Source: Actinobacteria bacterium 21-73-9 (GTDB taxonomy: Bacteria; Actinomycetota; Acidimicrobiia; Acidimicrobiales; RAAP-2). Taken from it: a DNA stretch of 43,408 nt. The notes under the pieces are model-generated. The model was not told the DNA's origin and searched no databases. It worked only from the letters and a program-made list of their open reading frames with translations. Where the stretch lies: contig NCBE01000004.1 of NCBI GenBank assembly GCA_002255565.1, positions 1 to 43,408 on the forward strand, in the 5' to 3' direction. A program made the translations under genes and the position numbers. Numbering within the stretch: position 1 is the first letter of the stretch; every line of letters starts with the position of its first letter. Shown here piece after piece: positions 8,441-17,687 of the stretch.

Positions 8441-10620
8441 ATGACGACCGACATCTCGACTAGCGCTGAGGCCACCGCGGCCGAGACGCGTCTCGTGGTC
8501 GAGACGCTCCTGCGCGTGATCTCGGGCACCGAGATCGTGGCCGTCGTGACCTGCGAGGGTGCGGCGGTGCCCGGCATCACGATGGAGCCGCTCGTCGGCA
8601 AGACCGCGGGCGACGCCTTCGCCCGGATCGTCGAGCGGGTCCGCACCGAGCTCGAGGGCGACCCCAGCGGGGTCGGCTCGTTCTCCCTCGCCGTCTCGAG
8701 GGTCGAGTGGGGCGTCCTGGTCGACCCGATCCTGGTCGACGAGCGGGTCGTGGGGGCCCTCGTGATCGCGCGCCACGGTCGCAGCTGGTCTCGGCGCGAG
8801 AGCTCGCTCAGTCGGGCCTTCGCGCGGATGCTGAGCCGGGTGGCGGTCCTCGCCGGGCGCGAGAGCAGTCTGCTGCGCCAGCGGAGCCTCGACACGCTCG
8901 TGCGCCAGGTGGCCGAGATCCTCATGGCCGGCAACGCCGCCAACCTCCAGCAGACCCTCGACACCACGGTGCGCCTCCTCGGCGAGTACCTCGAGAGCGA
9001 CGCCGCCTTCTTGCGCCGCAACGATCACGAGCGCGGCCTCTCGATCCTGGTCTCGGAGTGGCCGCGGCGCGAGAACGTGCCCGACCCGGACCCCCTCGGC
9101 GAGGTTCCCTTCGACGTCGACCCGGTGTTCGCCGCGATGAAGGACCTGAAGACGCCCTACATGCCCGAGCAGTCCGAGACGCCCGAGGAGTACCTCGAGC
9201 GCGTGGAGAAGGGCTCGGGCGTGTCCGAGGTGGGTGGGGGCGCGGTGCCGCTGCTGATCGGCGACACCACCTGGGGCATCCTCGGCTTCTTGCACTTCGG
9301 CCTGCACCGGTGGGTGCCCGAGGAGATCAACGCCCTCCAGGCCGTCGCCTCGATGCTGGCCCAGCTCCAGGCCCGGCTCGACGCCGAGGCCCGCACCCTC
9401 TACAGCGCGAACCACGACTACCTCACGGGCCTGCCCAACCGGCCGGCCCTCGTCGCCGAGCTCGAGCGACGCCTGTCCACGGGGCGCTCGACGGCGGTCA
9501 TGATCATCGACCTCGACCGGTTCAAGATCATGAACGACTACCTGGGCCACGCCAACGGCGACGAGCTGCTGCGGGTGATCGGCGACCGGCTTCGCACGAG
9601 CGTGCGCCAGAACGACTTCGTCGCCCGACTGGGCGGCGACGAGTTCGTCTTCCTGCTCGACAAGTGCCGCAGCGAGCTCGACGCCGTCGCCTCGGCCTAC
9701 CGCATCCTTGAGGTGATCGGCCGCCCGGTCGAGATCATGGGCCAGGTGATGAACCACACGGCCTCGATCGGCGTGGCCCTGCCGAGCGTCGAGTCGTTGA
9801 CCGCCCTGGAGCTGATCTCGCGGGCCGACGTGGCGATGTTCGAGGCGAAGTCGATGGGCCGCGGCCACGTGGTGGTCTTCGACGGCACCCTCGCGAAGAA
9901 GGTCGACGACCGCAGCCAGCTCGAGATCCAGCTGCGCCAGGCGATCGAGTTCGACGGGCTGCGCCTGCACTTCCAGCCCGAGGTCGACCTCAACACGGGC
10001 AAGCTGCTCGCCGTGGAGTCCCTGGTGCGCTGGGAGCACCCGACGAGGGGTCTGCTCACCGCCTCGGAGTTCATCAAGGTGGCCGAGGAGACGGGCCTCG
10101 TGACCAAGATGGGTCGCTGGGTCTTCGCCGAGGCGTGTCGTCAGCTGGGCGTGTGGCGCCACCGCCACCCCGAGCTCGACTTCACGGTGCGGGTCAACAT
10201 GTCCCCGGCCGACTTCAAGATGGGCGACCTGGTGGGCTTCGTCGCGGCGTGAAGATCGCGCTCGACGACTTCGGGACGGGCTTCGCCTCGATGACCGAGC
10301 TCAAGAACCTGCCAATCGAGATCTTGAAGCTCGACATGACCTTCGTGCGCGGGATCGTGCGCGACAACTTCGACAAGGCGATCGTCGAGTCGATCATCCA
10401 CCTCTCCAAGGCCCTCAACCTCGAGGTCGTCGCCGAGGGGATCGAGTCGAGCACGATCGTCGACAAGCTCCGCGAGCTGGGCTGCCACCGCGGCCAGGGC
10501 TACCTCATCTCCATGCCGATGGCGGCGAGCGAGCTCGAGACCCTGCTCGAGGCCGGCTCGGTGCTCGAGTCTCTCCTGCGCAGCGGTGACGTCGACACGT
10601 TCGACGCGTCCGATGCTTGA
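8441..10620 (+). pseudogene. GAF-GGDEF-EAL diguanylate cyclase/phosphodiesterase (Rv1354c-like), frameshifted by an internal deletion in the EAL domain
   Basis: HDYLTGLPNR, IDLDRFK, GHANGD, RQND-x5-GGDEF, QPEV, ESLVRW, VNMSP. The frame stops at 10250-10252. GVKIALDDFGTG...LKLD...VVAEGIE...GQGYL resumes in another frame to 10620, and the intervening IEITE segment is absent. Confidence 0.85.
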
Positions 10621-11443
10621 CGCCGACCCTCGCGCGAACGCCCCCGAGGTCGACCTCGACGAGGTCGACCGCCACGGCTACGAGCCGTGGGTGTTCCGGA
10701 CCCTGCTCGCCGAGCTCGCGGTGGGCGAGCTGGGCATCAACTTCGTCTACACCCTGCTCGAGCGCCTGGCCGAGCGCCACGAGCTCGACGACGCCGTGGT
10801 CGTGCTCTCGGACGACGCCTTCGGCACCCAGACCTTCCGCCTGGGCGCGCGCGTCGAGCCGGTCGACATGATGACCCAGCTGGGGACCGACCCGGGCCTC
10901 TACTGCACGCCCGACGTCGTGTCCGAGTCGGAGGCCGAGGCGGTGCGCGCGGCCTGCCAGCTGGCGCTCTCGCTGCAGCTGGCCCGCTTCCGGGCCGGCC
11001 AGGACCCGCTCACCAACATCGCGAACCGGCGCAACTTCGACCAGTCCCTCTCGGTCGCCTCGGGCCGGGCCGCGCGCTACGGCTGGCCCTTCACCCTGGT
11101 GCTCATCGACCTCGACGGCTTCAAGCTGATCAACGACGAGAGCGGTCACGAGTTCGGCGACTACCTCCTGCGCCAGTTCGGCTTCGCCCTGCGCCGCTCG
11201 ATGCGCTCGGGCGACACGCCGGCGCGCGTCGGCGGGGACGAGTTCGCCGTCATCTTGAACAACGCCGAGGGCAACGAGGCGCTCGGCTTCACCGACCGCC
11301 TGCGCCAGCAGCTCAAGGCCGGCGGGGTCCCGATCGACTTCACGGTGGGCACCTCCTCGGCGCCCCGGGAGTCGACCGACCCGGGCGAGCTGTTCCGGCT
11401 GGCCGACGCGCGGCTCTACCAGAGGAAGGGCGGGCGGGACTGA
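10613..11443 (+). CDS. Diguanylate cyclase (GGDEF) with divergent N-terminal sensor region
   Basis: DPLTNIANRR, IDLDGFKLIND, GH, RSGD-x5-GGDEF (I-site present), ADARLY. Start overlaps the upstream EAL stop. Confidence 0.92.
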   Translation: MLDADPRANAPEVDLDEVDRHGYEPWVFRTLLAELAVGELGINFVYTLLERLAERHELDDAVVVLSDDAFGTQTFRLGARVEPVDMMTQLGTDPGLYCTPDVVSESEAEAVRAACQLALSLQLARFRAGQDPLTNIANRRNFDQSLSVASGRAARYGWPFTLVLIDLDGFKLINDESGHEFGDYLLRQFGFALRRSMRSGDTPARVGGDEFAVILNNAEGNEALGFTDRLRQQLKAGGVPIDFTVGTSSAPRESTDPGELFRLADARLYQRKGGRD

Positions 11444-12048
11444 TGCTGCGGATCGAGGAGGACTTCGAGCTCGAGCTGCGCTCGCTGCCGGGCGTCCTCA
11501 ACGTCGGGTTCGAGCGCGACGAGGACGGCGGGGTCACCACGGTGACCCTGGTGACCAACGCCCCGAACCGGGACGAGATCACGACGGTGGCCCAGCAGAT
11601 CTCGGCCCTCTACTACCCCGAGGCCCGGGTCGTCGTCGACGACGTGAACCGTCTCACCGAGGCGACCCTGGGGGGGCGCGGGGGGGCGAGGGCGGCCCTG
11701 GTGCGCGCCGAGTGCGACGCCGAGGGCGTCTGTGAGGTCGTGCTCAACTACGCCGGTCGCCTGGCCACGGGGCGGGCCCCCAGCGGGCCGCTGATCGGCG
11801 GGGTGGAGGCGACGCTCGCCGCGCTGCGCCAGCTCGGCTTCGACATCCCGTTCTCCCTGCTCTCGGTCTCGCACATGATCGCCGTGCGCAACTGGCCGGT
11901 CGTCGTTGTGCTGCGCTCGACCCAGGGCGGCTCCGACCGGTTCGGCATCGCCCAGTCGGACAACGACGTGCTGGCCGCGGCCCGCGCGTCGCTGTCGGCG
12001 CTCAACCGCCTGCCGATGACCGCGCGCGCCAACGGCGCGTCGAGCTAG
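11443..12048 (+). CDS. Hypothetical protein; C-terminal half resembles the LeuA allosteric (regulatory) domain
   Basis: TGATG translational coupling. G..GP..G.VEATLAAL...VVVVL......RFGIA...DVLAAARASLSALNRL matches the pattern I recall for the LeuA_dimer domain. Confidence 0.65.
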   Translation: MLRIEEDFELELRSLPGVLNVGFERDEDGGVTTVTLVTNAPNRDEITTVAQQISALYYPEARVVVDDVNRLTEATLGGRGGARAALVRAECDAEGVCEVVLNYAGRLATGRAPSGPLIGGVEATLAALRQLGFDIPFSLLSVSHMIAVRNWPVVVVLRSTQGGSDRFGIAQSDNDVLAAARASLSALNRLPMTARANGASS

Positions 12049-12057
12049 CCCCTCGGC

Positions 12058-12715
12058 CTAGGCGGGCTCGCCCGCGCGCATCACCGTGAGGGGCGTGCGG
12101 TGCGTGGGCTCGGCCACCACGCAGATCGCGCTGCCCGGCACCGCCATCTCCTCGACCAGGACCGACCCGCCCTGGCGCACGGCCGCCTCGCGCGCGCGCT
12201 CGAGCGAGTCGACGACGTAGATCGGGTTCCACGCCGGCGGCCCCTGCTCGGGACTCCTGGTGGGAGAGAAGCTCGCCGCTGTGGTGGTCGAACCAGCCCG
12301 GCGCGCCGGGCTCGTTCACGGCGCCGAACCCCCCGAAGGCTCCGGCCTCCCAGAGCGCGACGGGTGCGCCCGAGGGGTCCTCGAGCAGGACCGTGCGACC
12401 GAGGTCCCCGACCTCGGTGATCGCGGACGTCGGGCGCGCCCCGAGGGCCACGGCGGCCGCGAGAGAGCTGTCGACGTCGCCGGTGGCGAAGTAGGTGGTG
12501 AGCCGACCGGGCGCGCCCTCGCCGACGGTGGCGCCGAAGACGGCGCGCTCGGCGTGGCGGGCGACGGCGTAGTGAGAGACGTCGGAGCCGCCCACGTCCC
12601 AGCTCCAGGCGAAGAGGGCCGTGAGGAAGGCGCGCCAGGCCTCGTGGGCCTCGAGCGAGTCGACCGTGACGTCGACCCACGCCGGGGTGCCGGGATGGTG
12701 GGCGGGAGTGTCCAT
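12058..12715 (-). pseudogene. Two-domain VOC family protein, frameshifted by an internal deletion
   Basis: First domain complete (GTPAWVDV...YFATGDVD...DPSGAPVALWEA...NEPGAPGWFDHHS). After about 12275 the second domain (PAWNPIYVVDSLERARE..VRQGGSVLVEEMAVPGSAICVVAEP) is in another frame and ends at TAG 12058-12060. Confidence 0.8.
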
Positions 12716-12831
12716 CGCTTCAGCATCGCACCTCGCGCCGGCGCGGGAAAGTGAAATCCCGGGCCCGCGCCCGACCCGTCCTCCTCGCGCGAACGGGCCG
12801 TAGGATGCACGAAACGACCAGGGGGGATCCC

Positions 12832-13269
12832 ATGCCCACGCGCAGCGCACGCACCGTCTGGACCGGGGGACTGCAAGACGGCTCCGGACAGACCGAACTC
12901 GTCTCGAGCGGGCTCGGCACCTACGAGGTCTCCTTCCCGCGCCGCAGCGCCGAGGCGGCCGAGGGCTTCACCAGCCCCGAGGAGCTGATCGCCGCGGCCC
13001 ACGCCTCGTGCTACGCGATGGCCCTCTCGGGCGGCCTCGGGCGGGCCGGGGCGACCTCGATCGGGCTCACCGTCGACGCCGCCGTCACCCTCGGGCCCGA
13101 TCCGGCGGGGGGCTTTCGCCTGAGCGGGGTGGCGCTCACGGTGCGCGGCCGCGTCGAGGGTGTCGACGAGGCGGCCTTCGTGGCGGCGGCCGAGGCGGCC
13201 AAGGCCGGCTGCCCCGTCTCCAAGGCCCTGACCGGCACCGAGATCACCCTCGACGCCGCGCTCGACTAG
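12832..13269 (+). CDS. osmC: OsmC family peroxiredoxin
   Basis: ARTVWTGGLQDGSG, SPEELIAAAHASCYAMAL, AKAGCPVSKAL (both catalytic Cys). Confidence 0.92.
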   Translation: MPTRSARTVWTGGLQDGSGQTELVSSGLGTYEVSFPRRSAEAAEGFTSPEELIAAAHASCYAMALSGGLGRAGATSIGLTVDAAVTLGPDPAGGFRLSGVALTVRGRVEGVDEAAFVAAAEAAKAGCPVSKALTGTEITLDAALD

Positions 13270-13694
13270 GCCTCGAGCAGCCTTTCCAGCGCCGGCAGGG
13301 CGGCCTCGATGGCGCGCACGTCACGCGCGTCGAGCTTCTCGAGGCGCGCGGCCAGGGTCGCGGCCCGCTCGACCCAGAGCCGCTCGAGGGTCTTGCGGCC
13401 CTTGGCGGAGAGGGCCACCACGCAGGCCCGGCGGTCGTCGGGGTCGTCGCGGCGCTCCACGTAACGGCGCTCCTCGAGGGCGGCGACGAGCCGGGTGGCC
13501 ACCGACGGGTCGACCGACTCGGCGGCGGCCAGCGCCGAGATCCGCAGGGCCCCGTGGTCCTCGAGGGTGGCGAGGGCCGAGAGCAGCGACGGGCTGAGCC
13601 CGGCGTCGGCGTCGCGGCGCATGACCTTGACGAGCCGGGTCACGACCAAGCGCAGCCGCGCCGCCGTGGGGACCTCGGTGGGCGCCGGGCTCAC
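13266..13694 (-). CDS. MarR family transcriptional regulator
   Basis: [50 protein letters not shown] overlaps the MFS stop. Confidence 0.9.
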   Translation of the reverse strand: MSPAPTEVPTAARLRLVVTRLVKVMRRDADAGLSPSLLSALATLEDHGALRISALAAAESVDPSVATRLVAALEERRYVERRDDPDDRRACVVALSAKGRKTLERLWVERAATLAARLEKLDARDVRAIEAALPALERLLEA

Positions 13695-15463
13695 CGGACC
13701 ACCCCGTCCTCGAGGGCGGGCTCGCCGGGCACGCCCGAGACGACCCCGGCCAGCTCGCCGACGAGCGTCTCGGTGGTGGGCTCGGCGCCGTGGACGTAGC
13801 GCTTGCCGCGCAGCGCGGAGAAGGCCGCCCCGACGAGGGCGAGCACGAAGGCGGTCAGAAAGACGATGACCAGGCCGTGGTGGAAGGGGTCCTGGATGAG
13901 TCCCGGGAAGAACCGCTTGCCGGTGAGGACCGTCCACTGGGCCGCGCTCACGTGGGCGCTCGACGGGCTGACGAGGAGGGTCTTGAGCGGGTTGAAGCCG
14001 AGGAACGACGAGAAGAGGCTGCCCACGGCCGGCAGGTGCGCCACGACCGTCGCCTGGGGGACGGGCACGCCGTGGGTGGTGAGTCCCCGGAGCATCGCCG
14101 GGGGCAGGGCGTTGGTGAGCCCGACGATCATGAGCGAGAAGAAGATGCCCATCGAGAGCACCATGCCGGTGTTCATGAAGGCCGCCTGGATGCCCGCCGC
14201 GCCGCCGCGTTGGTCGGCCGGCACCGAGTTCATGACGGCCGCCTGGTTCGGCGCCGAGAACATCCCGCCGCCGACGCCGTTCAGGGCGATCAGCAGCGCG
14301 AAGGCCGGGTAGCCGAAGTCGGTCGGCACGGCGAGCAGGCCGACGAAGCTCGCGGCGAAGACCACGAGGCCCGTCGTCGACAGGATGCGGGCGCCGTGGC
14401 GGTCGCTGAGCCACCCCGAGAGGGGCCCGGCCACGAGGAAGCCGATCGTGAGCGGCAGCAAGAAGATGCCGGCCCACAGCGGGGTGGAGGCGAAGCTGTA
14501 GCCGTGCAGGGGCAGCCAGATGCCCTGGAGCCAGATGATGAGCATGAACTGCAGGCCGCCCCGGGCGATGGCCGAGATCAGCCCGGCGAAGCTGCCCATG
14601 AAGAAGGCCCGGATCCGGAAGAGGCGCAGGTTGAACATCGGCGCCTCGACGCGCAACTCGATCCAGAAGAAGGCGGCGAGGGTCACCGCGGCGATCGTCA
14701 GCGAGCTCAGCACGAGCGGCGAGGTCCAGCCCATCGAGTGGCCCGCGTAGGGCTCGATGCCGTAGACGATGGCCACGAGCAGCGCCGTGAGGCCCACCGC
14801 GAAGGTGGCGTTACCCCACCAGTCGATCCGCGAGGGCGTGCGCACGCCGTTGTCGCGCAGACTGAGGTAGCTCCAGACGGTCCCGATGATCCCGAAGGGC
14901 ACCGATACCCAGAAGACGAGGCGCCAGTCGATGGCCGAGAGCAGGCCGCCGGCGATCAGGCCGACGAAGGAGCCGCCGATGGCCGCGACCTGGTTGACGC
15001 CCATGGCCATGCCGCGCTGCTCGGTCGGGAAGGCGTCGACGAGGATCGCCGCGGAGTTGGCGAAGAGCATCGAGCCGCCGATGCCCTGGACGATCCGCCA
15101 GGCGACGAGCCAGATGGCCCCGGTCCCCCCGTGGAAGGGGTCGAGGGCGAGCAGGACCGAGGCCACCGAGAAGACGAGGAAGCCGAGGTTGAAGATGCGC
15201 ACGCGCCCGACGATGTCGCCGAGGCGTCCGAGGCTGATCACGAGCACGGCCGTGACGAGGAGATAGCCCATCATCAGCCAGAGGAGGTAGCCGACGTTGG
15301 AGGGCGTGAGCGGGTTGAGGTGGATGCCGCGGAAGATCGCCGGCAGCGAGATGAGGATGATCGAGGAGTTCACGACCGCCATGAACACCCCGAGCGTGGT
15401 GTTGGTCAGCGCGATCCACTTGTAGCGCTCGGGGTGGGCGTGCGCGACGCCGAGTCGGGGCAT
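13691..15463 (-). CDS. MFS drug efflux transporter (14-TM DHA2-like)
   Basis: [11 protein letters not shown] motif [30 protein letters not shown], many hydrophobic helices, GGAGG RBS. Confidence 0.92.
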   Translation of the reverse strand: MPRLGVAHAHPERYKWIALTNTTLGVFMAVVNSSIILISLPAIFRGIHLNPLTPSNVGYLLWLMMGYLLVTAVLVISLGRLGDIVGRVRIFNLGFLVFSVASVLLALDPFHGGTGAIWLVAWRIVQGIGGSMLFANSAAILVDAFPTEQRGMAMGVNQVAAIGGSFVGLIAGGLLSAIDWRLVFWVSVPFGIIGTVWSYLSLRDNGVRTPSRIDWWGNATFAVGLTALLVAIVYGIEPYAGHSMGWTSPLVLSSLTIAAVTLAAFFWIELRVEAPMFNLRLFRIRAFFMGSFAGLISAIARGGLQFMLIIWLQGIWLPLHGYSFASTPLWAGIFLLPLTIGFLVAGPLSGWLSDRHGARILSTTGLVVFAASFVGLLAVPTDFGYPAFALLIALNGVGGGMFSAPNQAAVMNSVPADQRGGAAGIQAAFMNTGMVLSMGIFFSLMIVGLTNALPPAMLRGLTTHGVPVPQATVVAHLPAVGSLFSSFLGFNPLKTLLVSPSSAHVSAAQWTVLTGKRFFPGLIQDPFHHGLVIVFLTAFVLALVGAAFSALRGKRYVHGAEPTTETLVGELAGVVSGVPGEPALEDGVVR

Positions 15464-15479
15464 GGGTCCTCCGGGGGAA

Positions 15480-15502
15480 TAGTTGCTTGACCTCAAGCAA
15501 GT
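15480..15502. promoter_or_regulatory. Palindromic operator (probable MarR site) overlapping the MFS-marR promoter
   Basis: TTGCTTGA-CC-TCAAGCAA perfect inverted repeat (15483-15500), adjacent to a minus-strand TATACT -10 box (15500-15505). Confidence 0.75.
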
Positions 15503-15523
15503 ATATCCCGGCCGGCGGGGCCG

Positions 15524-15943
15524 TCACGCCAGGCGCACCGTCCCGTCCTCGAGGAGGGGCCAGTGGGGATTGTGGGCGACCTCCCAGCGATGCCGGTCGG
15601 GGTCGAGGAAGGAGCCGGAGTAGCCGCCCCAGGCGGTCGGGGCCCCGGGGCGGTCCACGCTCGCCCCGGCGCGCCCGGCCTCGGCGAGCACCCGGTCGAC
15701 CTCGCCGGGGGAGTGGACGTTGTGGGCGAGGGTGATCCCGTCGCCTGCGGGCCCGTCGGGCCGACCGGGGTCCTCGTCCATCGCCGACCGGGCCCACAGG
15801 GCGAACACGATCCCCCCGACCTGGAAGAACGCGATCCCCTCGTCGGGGCCCGACGGACTCGTCCAGCCGAGGGCCTCGTAGAAGGCGCGTGAGCGCGCGA
15901 GGTCGTCCACCGCGAGGGTCACCAGGGACAGCCGGGGCTCCAC
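15524..15943 (-). CDS. VOC/glyoxalase family protein
   Basis: VEPRLSLVTLAVDDLARSRAFYEALGW, ITLAHNV, WGGYSGSFLDPDRHRWEVAHNP. Confidence 0.9.
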   Translation of the reverse strand: MEPRLSLVTLAVDDLARSRAFYEALGWTSPSGPDEGIAFFQVGGIVFALWARSAMDEDPGRPDGPAGDGITLAHNVHSPGEVDRVLAEAGRAGASVDRPGAPTAWGGYSGSFLDPDRHRWEVAHNPHWPLLEDGTVRLA

Positions 15944-16237
15944 GGGACGATCCTCGCACGCCGCTGTCACGGCGGGGAGGTGACGAGTCTCGAGCGGTGG
16001 CCCACCGGGGGCGCGTGGGGATCGCGGTGGTGGGGACCCACGGGGTCGAGACCCACGGGGCCCTCGAGGGCGCCGGCCCGTCCGCCGCTCTCGTCCCCAG
16101 GACCGTCGCGCGCCCGTCCCGGGGCTTCGCCCTCGGCGCGACCGCGGTGTGCTCCGCGCTCCCGGTCCTCCACCGGGCCACGGTCGTTCCGTCAACTTCC
16201 GGGCGCCCCCTCACGGGCGACGGGCCGGGGGCCGCCT

Positions 16238-16267
16238 TTGACACCCTTCGGCGCGCGCCGTTAGCCT
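16238..16267 (+). promoter_or_regulatory. Sigma70-type promoter of the DtxR-family gene, with a palindromic spacer
   Basis: TTGACA (16238-16243), 18-nt spacer, TAGCCT (16262-16267). The spacer contains the palindrome CGGCGCGCGCCG. Confidence 0.65.
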
Positions 16268-16300
16268 CGCGCTGCGCCCGTCGGGCGCGAAGGAGGTCTC

Positions 16301-16966
16301 GTGGCGAGCGCGCACACCGCCACCGTCGACAAGTACCTCGAGGCGATCTACTGCATCGCCGCCGAGGGCGAGGTCGTCCGGCCCGGCCGGCTGGCCTACT
16401 GGCTCTCGGTGTCGCCCCCGACGGTCTCGGACGCCCTGCAGCGGTTGCGCCGCGACGGCTGGGTCGAGCTCGGTGAGGACCGCAGCGTGTCGCTCACCCC
16501 CTCGGGCGAGTCGACGGCCACGGCCCTGGTGCGTCGCCACCGGATCCTCGAGCGCTGGCTCACCGACGTCCTCGGCCTGGACTGGGCGAGCGCCGACGTC
16601 GAGGCCGACCGCCTCTCCTCGTCGATCTCCGAGGAGGTGATCGACCGCATCGACCACTCGATGGGCTCGCCCGCGACGTGTCCGCACGGCAACGTGATCC
16701 CCGGGCGGGCCGCGCCCTACGGGGCCCTCGTGGCCCTCGCCGGGCTCGAGCCCGGGACCGCGGCGGTGGTGCGGCGGATCTCTGAGGTGGCCGAGCACGA
16801 GGCGCCGACCCTCCTCACGACCCTGGCGGGCCACGCCATCTCCGAGGGCACGCCCGTCACCCTCGTGGGGCCCGGTGAGGACGGATCACTCACCGTTCGC
16901 GTGGGGAGCCGCCGCCTCGAGCTCGCGCGGGCCGCCGCGGCGAGCATCTGGGTCGAGGTCGCCTGA
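16301..16966 (+). CDS. DtxR/IdeR/MntR family metal-dependent regulator with FeoA-like domain
   Basis: YLEAIY, VSPPTVS, RRHRILERWL, CPHGNVIPG, C-terminal SH3-like domain, AAGGAGG RBS. Confidence 0.92.
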   Translation: MASAHTATVDKYLEAIYCIAAEGEVVRPGRLAYWLSVSPPTVSDALQRLRRDGWVELGEDRSVSLTPSGESTATALVRRHRILERWLTDVLGLDWASADVEADRLSSSISEEVIDRIDHSMGSPATCPHGNVIPGRAAPYGALVALAGLEPGTAAVVRRISEVAEHEAPTLLTTLAGHAISEGTPVTLVGPGEDGSLTVRVGSRRLELARAAAASIWVEVA

Positions 16967-17052
16967 GCCGCTCTCCCCCGGGCCCGACCAGACACCGGCC
17001 CGGCGCGGCACTAGGGTCCTGCTCATTCGGCACCGCAGCGAGAGGAGGCGCC

Positions 17053-17571
17053 ATGTCCGCTCGGTCCACCCTTAGAAGGTTCGCCCTCGTCGCCGCGCTC
17101 GTGGTCGGCGGGGCCGGCGTCGCGACCCTCCCCCTCGGGGCGGCCCAGCCCACCCTCCAGGCGGCCACCATCGCCCGGCACCCCCACGTCCTCATCGACG
17201 CCGCGGGTCACCCCCTCTACATCCTCACCTCCGAGGCGGGGGGAAAGATCAAGTGCGTAAAGACGTGCATCCACGTCTGGCCGCCCGTGATGCTGCCCAT
17301 CAACGTGGGCTCGTTCAGCCGCTCGGCGGCGGTGAAGGGGACGACCGCCTGGGTGAAGCGGGGCAAGTTCCGCCAGGCCACCTTCAACGGCTACCCCCTC
17401 TACACGTTCTCCGGCGACACCAAGCCCCACGAGGCCACGGGCGTCGGGCTCAAGCTCGGTGCGGGCACGTGGGTGCTCGTCAACGCGTGGGCGAAGACCG
17501 CCGCCGCGACCCCGGAGAAGGTGGGCAAGACCACCACGACCTCGTCGTCCTCCTCGGGCGGGGGATGGTAG
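17053..17571 (+). CDS. Secreted repeat protein (COG4315/Lipoprotein_15-like)
   Basis: Signal peptide; G.PLY, C...C...WPP, QATFNGYPLYTFSGD.KP..ATG motifs; GAGGAGG RBS. Confidence 0.82.
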   Translation: MSARSTLRRFALVAALVVGGAGVATLPLGAAQPTLQAATIARHPHVLIDAAGHPLYILTSEAGGKIKCVKTCIHVWPPVMLPINVGSFSRSAAVKGTTAWVKRGKFRQATFNGYPLYTFSGDTKPHEATGVGLKLGAGTWVLVNAWAKTAAATPEKVGKTTTTSSSSSGGGW

Positions 17572-17687
17572 GCGCGTCTCCTCGGTGACGTCGGGCGCGT
17601 CGGCGGCCCGCGTGCGCCGCCTCGGCTGAGAGGACTCTCCGCGACGCGCGCGTGGGGCTGTGGTAACCAGGGAGCACGAGCAGAGTC

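Noticed and set aside
10240-10260. Programmed frameshift or stop read-through in the EAL gene
   Set aside because: No slippery run, and conserved residues are physically missing rather than out of frame.
15967-16173. 68-aa minus-strand ORF
   Set aside because: Low-complexity, no RBS or recognisable motif; cannot support it.
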